Shown: in pieces, positions 49,032-61,900 of the stretch | Numbering within the stretch: position 1 is the first letter of the stretch | Layout of the letters: each line of letters opens with the position of its first letter | Assembly: GCA_028023455.1 (NCBI GenBank) | Contig: JAQFVV010000005.1 | Coordinates: 12,400,001-12,464,000 of the forward strand | From: Epiperipatus broadwayi | Taxonomy: Eukaryota; Animalia; Onychophora | Direction: 5' to 3' | DNA: 64,000 nt | Notes under the pieces: model-generated | What the model was told of the DNA's origin: nothing | Databases searched by the model: none | Seen by the model: only the letters and a program-made list of their open reading frames with translations | Translations under genes and position numbers: made by a program

Positions 49032-51089
49032 ATAATTGTGCTAGCGGTTAATATTGCACTTTTAATTAGCAAATTTATATATTTAAAAAATAATAATTTA
49101 GATAAATTATTAGGATTAATTTAAGTTAGAGGCAATGGAAGACATGTTACTGTAATAAAAGTTTACTTTTTATATGTCGTAAATTCAAAATATTTAAAAA
49201 AAGAATTTAATTTCTATATATATTCCTTTCAAATTCTTAATTTTTTTCTCATAATCTCTCAAATAAACATGGTTCTGCTAATTTAAGCTTCATTTCGGTA
49301 AAAATTGGTGAATTTGAGAATATCATGAATTTTATAATATTTGGATACTATTCTAGGCCAATATAACTCCGTGTGATCGTGGAGATGTCTTTATTTGATT
49401 TTAGTTCAGTATAGGAAGAAAAATAACAGTTCCAAATTGTTCATTTGAATGAAACAGCAGAGATCAATTTTGTTCTCGTTCTAAGTATAACTATGCCCTC
49501 TAACAACAAACTTATTACAATGTATATGCGTTTATTATATATATGGAATTTTCTTTCTTTCTGCTGCTATTCATGAATTGGACTGCTCTGTGAAAGCCTT
49601 TTCCTAATCAATTTAAATTTTTTAGTAAAAATTCCGCGAAATTTTTTTTATTAATTAATACTTATTACAATGTGATATGTCAGACTTTGAAACATTTATA
49701 TGAATTCTGTTTTTCTCATATGTCCTTGTATTCTATAATTATCTAATAAAGTTTGTTAAAAACATGAGCTTATATTAATAGACGTCCATTGTATTAGGTG
49801 TATAATAAATAACACTGCTTTATTTATGAATGAAAGTGATTAATTAAAAGATAAAGAACAATTATAATTAATTCTAGAACATTCCACATTACGAGGAAAT
49901 ATATAAAAACTCGAAGATAAAAAAAATCGAGGTCTTTTTACACACACATCATTTTAGCTGCTCATGCTAGAGAAGTTAAAAGTAATCGAGTGTAATGAGG
50001 ACTATGGATGGACCCAGTGAACACAACCACTGAAAGTTCCAAAGACCTAGGGACTATACAGGCCACATTGGCCTTATTATAATTTATGTACGCCTTGTTG
50101 GCATTTCGTAAGTAATATTAGTCATATGCACAAATTGTAAATATATTGTGTTAGTAGAATCTTACTATTTTATTTTCTGTTGGTCTGACCATTTTTATCC
50201 CTGATTGTAGTATTCATGGTGGCTGTGCATAGCTGAAACCAATGTAATTTTCAGCACTATTTTTATATGGTTTGGAGTTATCTTATCTTTAAAATTCAGA
50301 TCTATCTCTTGTTGTGTGAATCCTCTGATTTATTGACCATAGATAACTCCGTTACTTTCCATGAGATCCGATTTTTTATTTGTCAAATACCTTACTTACA
50401 AGCTCCTATTTTTGAGTGTGAGTAGCAGTCTTTTTAATTAAATTATTTCAATTATTTATATCCTTAAATTTAATCTAGTAATATGTTTACAAGCATTTTA
50501 ATTACTTTTTCTAGAATATCATTTTCACCTTTTTTATTGTTAAATGAAAACACGTTTTGTTTTTTGTTTTTATTGATGGCATACGTTAAAGTAATGTATA
50601 AGACTGAATTATCTCGTATCAATAAGCTATATATTCCGAATCCAGGAGTAGCACATTTTTTTGATTTATATTTGTTCAGAAGTTTATATGGATGATATTA
50701 ATTACTGAGTCAACAAGATCATGCCATTAGATTTTGAGAAATTTCATCTTTTTTTAACTTTCTTTAACTTCTCATGCAGAAAACCCATTTGCTCCAAATG
50801 TAAACAGTTTCTTCATGATAACAAGACAGGGTATTGTGCATTTAACTATGAAATATCTCATGTATATATCTACTGTAGATTATGCCATACAAAATATTTA
50901 CCAAGATACCATTAACCTCTTCATCTCCCTGTTTACTTCATTGTATTTTTCAAGCCCACATTGCAATGTAAAAAGAAAAAAGTAAACTTCTGGAAGTACA
51001 TATGATTTCTCTTGGCATGTATTATAAAGATATTTTATAAGCTGAAAACAGTTATATAAAAAATGCAAATCCTTATGTTTTTAATATAA

Positions 51090-51403
51090 GTATAGAGGAT
51101 TTGAACTCAGATTTTCAAGCACCCTTCAACTATCCACATTATCTCATACAACGGATACCCATGACCACAGAGCATTGATTATATATATATGTGTGAGAGA
51201 TGATAGTCTGGACCAACTGATGAGTGCTGGTTTAGCATGAAATACGTATATTGGTGATTATTAATCTTTTCTACATGTGTGTGGTCATGTGTATCAGTTG
51301 TATGAGATAATGTGGATAGTTGAAGGGTGCTTGAAAATCTGAGTTCAAATCCTCTATACTTACAATTAAGCTCCCAGGTTTGTGAAGAGTACCTGGTTTT
51401 CAA
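51090..51403 (+). mobile_element. HHR family C fold-back insert
   Basis: Perfect 15-bp TSD ATGTTTTTAATATAA (51075-51089 / 51404-51418). ~83-bp arms (51087-51169 / 51280-51362), a ~41-nt unpaired tail on the right, and an HHR in the loop. Confidence 0.92.
51212..51255 (+). ncRNA. Minimal type I hammerhead, intact core, AUA triplet
   Basis: ACCAA CTGATGA GTGC TGGTTTA GCAT GAA ATACGTAT A TTGGT: 5-bp stem I, 4-bp stem II, 8-nt palindromic stem III. Predicted cleavage after 51250. Confidence 0.88.
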
Positions 51404-51428
51404 ATGTTTTTAATATAACAAAATAAAA

Positions 51429-54070
51429 CATCATCCTCAGCTATCATCAATCCATTGCAAGATGAAGGTCTCTCCAAATTCAATCTATCTTCTCCAATCT
51501 TTAGCCATTTTTCTCCACATCACTCCTGTACACTTTCTTATTTCATCCATCCATCTCACATATAATTTTTCTGGGTCTTCTACGATTTCTTGGAATCCAC
51601 TTTAAGATTTCAATTGTCCATCTATTATAATCTCTTCTAGCAATATGTCAAACCCAACTCTACTTTAGTCTGTGAATTCTTTCAATGGATGTCAGTAACA
51701 CCTATTGTTCTCTTACCATATATTATGTTTTTGATCTCTTCTTGTTATTCCTAACATATATCTCTCCATACTTATTTTGGTGGTTTGCAGTCTCTGTATT
51801 GCTCTTCTATTAAGTGCCTAAGTTGCAGATTCATAAGTAATAACTGGTAAAATACATTTATTAAAAACCTTCCTTTTCAAACACATAGGCATATTTCCTT
51901 TTAATATTAAGTAATTTCTACAAAAAGCACTCCAACCAAGTTTATTTCTATGATTAATTTCATCCATTATGTTTTCATCTCTAGTAATAATCTGACCAAA
52001 GTATTTGCTGTTAACTTCTTCTAACTCATCATAATCAATCTTTATTTTCATCTTTTGAGAAAATCCAACATTACTTTAGTCTTTTTAACAGTTACCTTTA
52101 GTTCTACTTTCTTACTTTCATCTGATAACTCTTGTAACATTTCCTGAAGCTCTGCAGCATTATTTTCAAAAGCAACTACATTATATGCAAAATCTAAATG
52201 ACTTAAATAATCTCCATTTATTTTTACTCTTTTAGCTTCCATTTTAATCCACAAAATACTTCTTGTAGCACTGCAGTGAAAAGTTTTGGAGATATGGAGT
52301 CACCCTCTTTTATATCCTTCTCAATCTTAATTTTCCTAGTATTATTGTGTAATCTAATTATTGCTGTTGCATTTTTATAAATATTCTTCAAAATATGATG
52401 ATTCAATGCTTTAATCACTGAATAAATGGTTATAGAATCAAATATCTTTTCATAATGTACAAATCCAAAGCATAATGGCAACTCATATTCATTGGTCCTT
52501 TCTATAACTTCTCTCAATACTTGGATATGATCTACTATATTAAAACCATTTTTAAATCCAGCTAGTTCTTTTGGTTGGTGGAAAGTTGTAATTATTTTGG
52601 TAAAAATTTTGTATAAAACTGATAAAAGACATGGGTCTGTAATTTCTAATATTTTCTTTATCACTTTTTTTAAATATTAATATTAATACTACATTTTTCC
52701 AACCATCTGATACATCTTTATCATTTAGACATTTGATATATACCTTGCCAAAAAATTTTCTATTTCTTCACCTGCTTCTTTTAACATATCAATTATAATT
52801 CCATCATTAGCTGGAGCTTTTTCCTTCTTCAAAAATTTAATTGAATGTCCCACTTCTTCATTTAAAATCCTGGACAATTCAGAACATATAATAAATGTAG
52901 GAGGTACTTGTTCTTTATTACTATATAATTCTTGATAGAACTCTTCTACCCATTTCATGATGTCATCTCTCTTTTTATTAATAGTTCCATCTTTTTTTCT
53001 TATTGCAGATAAAGTTTCATACCCATACTAAAATATTGTTTTACACTCTTGAAACTTTTATTCTCTTCTACAGCTTTCCATACTAGTTCACAATTATACT
53101 TTTTTATATCATTATCAACTCTTTTTCACACCATTTTACAAAATTCAAGATGTTAAATCCTTCTTAATGCACTATTTTTGTATATCTTCATATTTCTTCT
53201 TTTCTTCATAAATTCTCTAGTCTCAGTAGAAATTTTATTGGTCAATTGCTGCTTTTTTTAGCAGCTATTTTTGTTGCAGTTTTTAAAAGTCTGTCAGTTA
53301 ATTTTTCTATTAATTTCATTCAAATCTGAATTATGTTCAAAATTTATTAATACTTGAAAACGATTTACAAGTTCTAATTTAAATTCATTAAAATGTTTTT
53401 GAAGATTATAGATATCAATTGTAAATAGTCTTTTTAAAACTTTTGTCTCTCTAGTTTTGCATAATACATATTTTACATCTTACTAATCGATGGTCACTTC
53501 CTGTGTTGAATTTATTAAGGATATTACAATCTTGAAATATGTATTTTCTGTTAGTCAAAACTTAATCCAATTCTGCTGTACCTTTATTTGGATGCTTCCA
53601 TGTCCATTTCCTTTTAACACTTTTCTCAAAAAAAGAATTCATAATATAGTTTTTCTTTTTTTGCAAACTCCACAAGTCTATGTCCTCTCTCATTTTTATT
53701 ACCATAACTAAATTTACATTTAACACTTTCATTTGTTTATCAATTCTAGCATTAAGGTTTTCTCTAAGAATTTTAAAATGTTGTTTACTCTGATCAAAAG
53801 CCTTTTGTACATCCATATAAAAATCTTCTACTACTTCATCACTATGAGAATTTAGTTGGGGCATAAATCTGAATTATCTGCATATAGTATCTGCCATTAA
53901 GTTGAATAACTAATCTTACCTCTATATCCGATGCATCATCAGTCTCACAATGTTGTTCTTTCACTTTTTATTTATAATTACTCCTACTCTACTTGTACTT
54001 CCAATATTTATGCCTTTACGTATCCACTTTTTAATTTAATTGTCTTTTCATCTTTCCTTCCTAACTGTTT
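51429..54070 (-). mobile_element. Decayed RTE-clade LINE (APE endonuclease + RT)
   Basis: IIQIYAPT..HSDE.VEDFY, FFEK..KRKWTW (APE); KAP..DGI, Q..GF..GF..VDHI..LREVIE, GDSISPKLF, HLDFA (RT); 3' end GAGACCTTCATCTTGCAATGGATTGATGATAGCTGAGGATGATG. Confidence 0.9.
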
Positions 54071-55529
54071 TACATATTTATGGTTCAAATATATTGGCAT
54101 TTGGTAATATTTAAAAAAAGCTTTAGAAAGAAGTAAAATTTAAAGATCGTTTAAAAGATGCAATTTAGTTTTTTTTAGTCGGTATGATTTATTTTTTTAA
54201 ATAATGTACAGTGAGTTATTTGTGTTTCTAATTATTTATTTAATTAAAAAATAAAAGTTAAAATTGGAGGGAATAAAAAAGGCATGCAGATTATTAATCC
54301 AGATAAACAAAAAATAAGAAATTCCAATCATAAAAGATTACCATCAGAAAAAACCTTTTTAAGTATAATTAAAAATGGCCAAAATAATTTATAAAAAGAA
54401 ACTTTGTAATTAAAAAATACAAAATTAATGTATAAGATTACTGTCTTGTATTCTGATAAAAAAAAGATAATATATGCTCAGAGGTCTAAAAACTAATCAT
54501 AAGTGTAAAAGGAGGAAAATAACGGCAATCAAGGTCTTGTGTCTTTTCCTTAGCTAGCAGTTTCCATTGGGTCCAGGGTAGAGAAAATGTCCTATCCTGG
54601 ACTAATATGCAGAACTACTAATACTCATATGCTGAAATAAATTGTCATGTGGGAGAGGAACCGGAGCATTTCTTTGTAACATCTTTCGTCATAGAGGCTA
54701 GCCACTCCAAGCCTTAGGATGGACCAAGAATAGTTTAATACCTATGACCACAAGCTCATTCATCCCAAATACATGTATGCTACTCTAATCTGTACTTACT
54801 GGTAAGATTATTCATATCCTAAATTGTGATTAAAAAGGTTTTCAAACTAACATTAACTATAAGCATATAATACTGATAGAGACATTTAACTTTAAATATG
54901 AAGTTTCTAATACCAACATAGACATTCATTATTTTTATTATTCAAGGAACTCTCTAGAAGAAATGTGTAACAAGAACTTTAATTACATAATCAATATTAT
55001 TATCTGAATTAGCATATATGTGCTTTCCAATTTCATTTAAATATTTTAATTTGTTAGAATAAAATATTTATCTTTAATATCAACTTTTCATTGAGCATTA
55101 TTAATGTTAGTTTATTAGATTTATTGTTAATTAATTACGTGAGAAATGTTAAATTATCTTTGCCAATATTTTGGTTTTATAGTTAAGGCCCAGGAAAGAT
55201 TCATATAAAAGCTTTAAAATGACAAGAAAATAATAATTCCCAATCTTTTAATAATTTCCTTCGTAAATGATGATGGAAAGTGATGGATCAGTGAATTCTT
55301 CTAGAGAATTCTGGCACCCTGTTTTAAATAAATAAAAAACTGATTCCGTCAACAATTCAAATCGTAATAATTATTAGGCCAGTTAATCAGAAAATATAAC
55401 TATGTTTTTAAGATATCTAAACTTCTATATGAATAGAAGATTCTTGTTTTTCATAGCTTGATTAACTTGCACTTTTTAGTGCATAAAAGAAGGCCTAAAT
55501 CCAACTGTGAACAGGAAAATAGACCATGA

Positions 55530-55770
55530 ATGGTACACTTCTAACTTCACAAAATCCAATAATGTCCCATTTAATATGAAACAGTTCTTCGTTCGCTTGA
55601 AAGTTATCTGCAGTTGCAAGTATCTAAATAAAAAGTCATCATCAAATGGCAATGTAGGTCCACAATCAGAATTCTTAGCACCCTCCAGTTTTGGCCACCA
55701 ACCACTGCCTTGGTTGGTGACTTCACAGCCTCCTAGGAATAAAGGTCATGATTTATTTTTGTCTGTCATG
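55530..55770 (-). mobile_element. 5' fragment of an RTE LINE
   Basis: EELFHIKWDIIGFCEVR is the RTE APE N-terminal motif. It may be the displaced head of the 51429-54070 element or a separate copy. Confidence 0.7.
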
Positions 55771-57333
55771 ATTGTGTACATTTATTAGAAGAAAAAAAAT
55801 TCATTCACACATACATTTATTCTGCCTTATCAGACAATTGAAAAGAAAGACCTTGATATTTCTTGATCTTAAACTCAGAATAAAAAGGCAATAAACTCAC
55901 CATGCTGGCTAATGCATGTTAGTGAGCAGCCCATCTATGTTCATATACTATATGAATAATCACATAGTAATAATAGCTGCAATGACAAGAACGTATAGAG
56001 TGGACATTAGGAATTTGCCCTGCTCAGTTACTTTAAAGTCTTAAGAGGAATCAAAGGATCTTCTTTCAGTTAACAGCAAACTCATTTCTGTAGCCAAAAT
56101 AAAACATATTACAGTCAATTCTACTAGAAGAAAATACTAAATATTATTATTTTGATAGGTAAAATTATAATTGCTAATCCATAAAAAGTTTGGTTAGGAA
56201 TTATTACCTATCTTACTTAAAATAACATCTAATGAGCTCAAAAAGTTTGATATTTATGAAAAAAATATCTGAGTTGTGGTGATAAAAACACTTCTCACTG
56301 AAACTATTGTAGAAATAGAGAGTATTAAACAGTCATGTGACAGACAAAGAAAAAAGAATGGACTGATTCTATAGACCAGGAAGATATTCTTATTTATATA
56401 GAGTTAAGAGAAACATAAACAAATGAAATAAGTTACAAATTGATAATTTAAATATGTAATCAAAGCTAAAGAAGATATTAAATGAGACAATATTTGATGA
56501 AACCATAGTAAAATGACAAAAATTATATCTTGCAATGCATTGTCTCTCAGTTGCTGTGCCTAAAATCAGGGTGACTATTGCTAAGAAAAAAATAGATAAC
56601 TTAATAAATGTATTAGTACCAAAATACTACATCCTATATAACAAGTCTTTCATAATAATTTTGCTTCAATAAACAAAAATGAATAATAGATCCAAATAAA
56701 AAGCAGTTGTCTGAATAAACATCGTTTACTATCACTAAATATGAATATTAATTATTAAGATGTACTATTATACTCATTACACAAATAACTGCTATGTATT
56801 TTATTGCAAAACCAAAAGATATGGTCTATAAAGAAAAAATTCTTGATAAATTTATTGTTGAAGGTATGTAAAATAACTAAGTAGTCGAATTTTAGAACCA
56901 AGTATTGATCATTATCAGCAGCACTTCATTATTTTACAGTCATATTTGGCATCTCATATAATATTGCCACTATAAATTAATAGATTTTTAAAATAGGTTG
57001 ATGATGAAATAATCAAAGGGGAAAAAATATTTTATGAATTATATCAAGGCACCACATCAAAAGTTTGAGTGCTCAATATGGATCCTACCATCCTATATGT
57101 CATAGTTCAACCCTTTTCCTCTATTAGGTAATTAGAAATCAGTTTGAAAAATTATATATATATATATATTAGTAAAATATCAGTCATATATCACATGACC
57201 TATATAGCTTGTATTACCAATATGTAATATATAAAGAGCCTGCTAATAGCTCTAAACAAGCTTATTTATTTTATTTTTTTATGATAAATGCTACAAGAGA
57301 AAATACCTGAAGCCTTTATCTATGATGGTCCCC

Positions 57334-57377
57334 ATCCCCAGACCGGTTTCAAGCTTATGGCTCTCATCAGTGAGGAG
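57334..57377 (-). ncRNA. Minimal type I hammerhead, intact core
   Basis: Reverse complement reads TCCTCA CTGATGA GAGC CATAA GCTT GAA ACCGGT C TGGGGA. Confidence 0.9.
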
Positions 57378-57568
57378 CTAGGACATTAGATTCAAAATAT
57401 TAACTCAAGCCAAGCATTTATCTAATTCTTAAATATTAAGAAAAAGATCCAAATCTTCAGACACTTACATGTCTTCAAACTCAGCTCTTTAACCAAAGAA
57501 ACTATATGAGCCTGAACTATATATATATATGTTTGGCTTGAGTTTATATTTTGAATCTAATGTTCTAG

Positions 57569-57612
57569 CTCCTCACTGATGAGAGCCATAAGCTTGAAAC
57601 CGGTCTGGGGCT
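57569..57612 (+). ncRNA. Minimal type I hammerhead, intact core
   Basis: CCTCA CTGATGA GAGC CATAA GCTT GAA ACCGGT C TGGGG. Predicted cleavage after 57605. Confidence 0.9.
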
Positions 57613-60309
57613 GGGGACCATCATAGATAAAGGCTTCAGGTATTTTCTCTTGTAGCATTTATCATAAAAAAATAAAATAAATAAGCTTGTTTAGAGCTAT
57701 TAGCAGGCTCTTTATATATATATGGTTATTCTCCAAATGTCACTGCCATCACTTCACCCATAACATTTAGGTGTTTGCATTTGATAAACTCATGGTTATA
57801 TGTAATGTATGAATACAGAAACATTTATATCAACAATATAGTGCCAGAATTACTCAATTTTGAAAAAGTATATTTATGGAGACATTACTATTACTAACAT
57901 TTCACCAACAGGTTTTAGAGATTTGGAAACCTATAGAGATATGTAACATATAAAAATAGAAATATTTGTATCAATAACACAATATCTGATTTTACATTAC
58001 TTACATCCAGGCTATATATGATTTTATTTTTATCAAAGGCAAGAGTTTTGTATACAAGAGAATTCGCAGTATCTATGCTAATGTTTAAGATAGAGATATT
58101 AAAAAAACTAAAATGTTAAAAATATATTCATTAATTATTATCTTGTTCTTTAAGATATTGAACATTTAAAATTATAATATTTCTTAAATTAAGAATTGAG
58201 TACAGTATGTGTATTAGGCCAAAGAGACCATACTGCATATATTTGAAGACTGTAAGAATTTTAAGAAACGGGACAGCAAATTTTAAAATGGCAGATATTA
58301 AAGTGAAATATGTATGATTGAAACTTTTTAATGTAATCATAGTGTGTATATTCTGATTTGCTATATGTTATGAAATGTAAATTTGTTTTCGATAATAAAA
58401 AATACCATTCATTAAAATTTTAAATGATAGAAAATATATAAGTATTTACATACAGCAATAATAATAATTAAGAATAATGATGTATTACAAACAATTAATT
58501 ATGGTTATAATCATATATATGGTAATAAAATATAATATTAATGCATAAAAATAATAGCGAAAAAAAAAAGATACTAACCATAATAAAAGTTGCAATTCAA
58601 AAAAAATTCAGAAAATAATAATTAGGATATAATGTATTTAATCAAAACTTTATTTTAAAATAACTTAAATTTTATTGTGTACATATTTTTTTTTTACTAT
58701 AAACAATGCCTATGAATTATAAAAGTCATGCATTGAATGCCATCATTAAATATAAATTTTGGTCTTTCCGATTTTAATTACATTTTATTTATATACATTT
58801 TTTTATTAAATAAGGTAAAATTATTTATTTGTGAGAAGTTATAAAATATTTATTACTGTATACAATATATATAAAATTAAATTGTAATTCTAAAACTATT
58901 AAAATTATGTATTAATGTTTTAATTCTGAAATTATCAAAATGATGAAAATGGGAGTACTCTTTGATTTTTAAATGGAAAAAGGATTAAACATAGTGAAAA
59001 TGATGAATCGCTATGACACATCAAAAAGGAACCAACTTTTAAATCTGTTCAGAGAATAAAAATATGATAATTATTGAAAGAAATACATAATCAACTTTTC
59101 TCAGATGGTTAAACAAAGAAATAAGTTAATATGAAGTGATTTGGGAAAAAAGAATGTAAACTATCATCAGAGAGTTATTTAACAGTTGAGAATTTATGAG
59201 TAACGTGTACATTATTAATCCTGCTTCCAAAAATTTGGCAACTTCTGACATCTAGCACAATATGTCAGCCATTTTGATGCATAAAAATATGCTCCATGAA
59301 TTAAGTAATAGTAGCATAATACATGTATATTATGGTAACAGTGCACTATTAACATTTTCATTTGGTAACATTACCCTGCTTGGTTTGATGAGTAGCAGGC
59401 AGGACGTCAAGGTCAATGGCTTGTGACTGTCCATCACTTCCATTACTTGAAATTCTTTCAACTATTTTTTATTAGTTGTTATGTTATGGTAAACTTGATT
59501 TATTGTACTTATGTTAATCATGTAACTGAAATTATGAATTCTAGATGTGAAGCACAAACATGTGTCCGTATCAATTCATGAAAAATTTGAATAAAGGAAT
59601 TTTTTTTATATATTAATCCTAAAAAATCTTTTAAAATACAAATTTTAAATGTATTCTTTTTTTATTATAGTAATAAATGCATTTTTCATTCTTGCAAAAG
59701 CGTTCAAAAATACTTTTCAAATAATATTTAGAAATAAATATTGCATTTGATTTTTATTAACATTTGTCAACATTCACATATATAAATGCATATTTTTATT
59801 ATTTACTGCAATGAAAATTATATTTAGATAGATCAAAACACATGAGGCAACCTCATCTCAAAATGTTTAAAAAGTGTTGGAAAAGTGTCATTCTTCACAC
59901 ACACAATGAAAATAAATTTAAATGTATTTTTGGTTTAATAAATACTGTATTTTTTTAAGGTTCTATAATTCATGTCTGCTTTTATTAACAAAATTTTTAA
60001 TCTGAGATGGGTGGATAACCAATGGTGCCAGATTAATAATATTGCATTAAAACCTGGAAAAGATGTCCATATGTTCAAATATTTAAGGTCACATATTAGT
60101 AACTCCCAATATATGAAAAATACAGAGGAGACTGCTGTGCTTAAAAAAAAATAAAAAATTGACTTTAGTATTCAATATAAAGTAAAAATAGTAGTTAAAT
60201 AATCAATTTTAAGTTTAGTACTTTAATAATAAATATTGCCATTATTGTAGAGTTTTTCATACTGTTTATAGATTAGTAATTATCTAAAATGAAGACAGCA
60301 TTGGAATTA

Positions 60310-60505
60310 AACCACTAAACATCACATGATCACCATTTCTTATTCTTGCTCCTCACTGACGAAAGCCACAAGCTAGAAACTAGTTTGGGGATATTTGATG
60401 AGTAGGCACTAGATAGGATTTTATGCACAAGCCTTCTAGCATCCATTGATTACTCTGGATTGCACTGAGTGGCACTGTTGTATGGAGAGTCTTGCCTGGT
60501 TTAAT
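60310..60505. mobile_element. HHR family A insert with inverted tail
   Basis: 13-bp TSD AGCATTGGAATTA (60297-60309) / AGCATTGCAATTA (60506-60518). Empty site at 46430-46442. Inversion junction at GCTC microhomology. Confidence 0.95.
60350..60391 (+). ncRNA. Minimal type I hammerhead, intact core, GUU triplet
   Basis: TCCTCA CTGACGA AAGC CACAA GCTA GAA ACTAGT T TGGGGA. Confidence 0.82.
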
Positions 60506-61629
60506 AGCATTGCAATTACGAGATAAATATTGGTCTATTGTCAGTTCTATATAAGTTTATTAGCAAGTTAGTTTGGATTTAAAACCTTAGAATATTTTAA
60601 AATTTTAGATTATTCACTTGATATCATAATGAATTCAATGTGATTGATAGATGTTTGTGTTAGGTCCAAAGTTTTTACTGACAATAGTCATAAGCTGGAA
60701 ATTAATATCAGGTATTAATATAATAGTTATTTGTCTATTCTCTATTGATTAAATAAGTTTATAATAGATGATGTGAGAGTAGAGTGAAGAGAATTGTTCT
60801 GCAAAGATAAAAATTACATAAATGTAGGCACTTGAATATTTTACAATACATTGTAACAAGATAGTGAAATATCTGCTCAAAGCAATTATGAGATATTCCT
60901 TCTTCAACTATCTTTTCTGCATTAATTATATTAGTGCTAATACAAAAAGCAATAATATGAAGCACATTTTTCATTTTATTTATTCAATACAGCACAATAA
61001 TTTTATTAAATTCTCCAATCCTGTTGCTAGTTTTAACTGTACATATGAAGGTTGTTGTATAGTCAAAACTATCGTCATCATTAGAGAATTTAGCAAAAGT
61101 TTTTGCATTGCATGGAGTGCATAAAGAAAATTAAATATTATATTGCCTTTTATAATAATAAGATATTGCAAAATAAATTAAAATGAAGATATTTAAGAAT
61201 ATTATAGGGGCAATTCTTAATTCTGTAAAATACATTCCAAAAATCTGAAAAAATAAAAAATTTTATTTCTAGAATATCTTATGTCAATTTTGGATTAATT
61301 GATAAAGCTGTCCTCAGTAATCTCTAGTCATCATTAAATCATAAAACAGCAACTTTTTCAAAATCAATTTAAACATGGTTATTAAAGTGTGTAATTGCCA
61401 TAATTTTTCTTAAGAATATTATTTCTAAACTATGTTGCTACTAGTATTACTAATTTACAAATTAAATATATATTTGTGATGCTTATTGCTTTTTATATTA
61501 ACTAAATAATCAAAATGAAAACAACAAAATTCCAATGTATTTTATCATACATTTAATTTGTCAAATATTTAATATCAAATAAACTTGTTCATTACATTTT
61601 TCAACTGTTATTTATCCCCTGCAAGGTGA

Positions 61630-61900
61630 ATGTTTCTTCAAGTTTAATGTAGTTTATTGATTCATAGTTTCTCCATATCACTTCAACAATCTTTCTTATA
61701 TCATCCATTCATCTCATATTCTTGGGATTCAGTATTCAATTGTTTATTCTTGTCATCTTTTCTAGCAATCTGTTCAGCCCAGATCCATTTTAACCTTTTA
61801 ATACTGCTAACACTATCTATTTTTATTTTCATACACACATTTTGCTCACTATATATTTAGGGTTTTCCCAACATATATCTTTATATTCATTATATAGTCT
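61630..61900 (-). mobile_element. 3' fragment of an RTE-like LINE
   Basis: LKWIWAEQIARKDD...MDDIRK resembles the RTE C-terminal LKW.WAGH.AR..D...W.DDI motif. Confidence 0.6.

Larger units (their letters stand above)
57170..57711. mobile_element. HHR family B fold-back with an intact hammerhead in each arm
   Basis: ~190-bp near-perfect arms (57228-57417 / ~57529-57719) and a ~58-nt tail on the left containing reverse-complement TCATGTGAT. Flanked by (TA)n on both sides. Confidence 0.92.
58905..60780. repeat. Dispersed direct duplicate, copy 2 (contains the HHR insert at 60310-60505)
   Basis: Colinear with 42945-46750. Lacks the solo LTR but carries the HHR insert. Confidence 0.85.
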
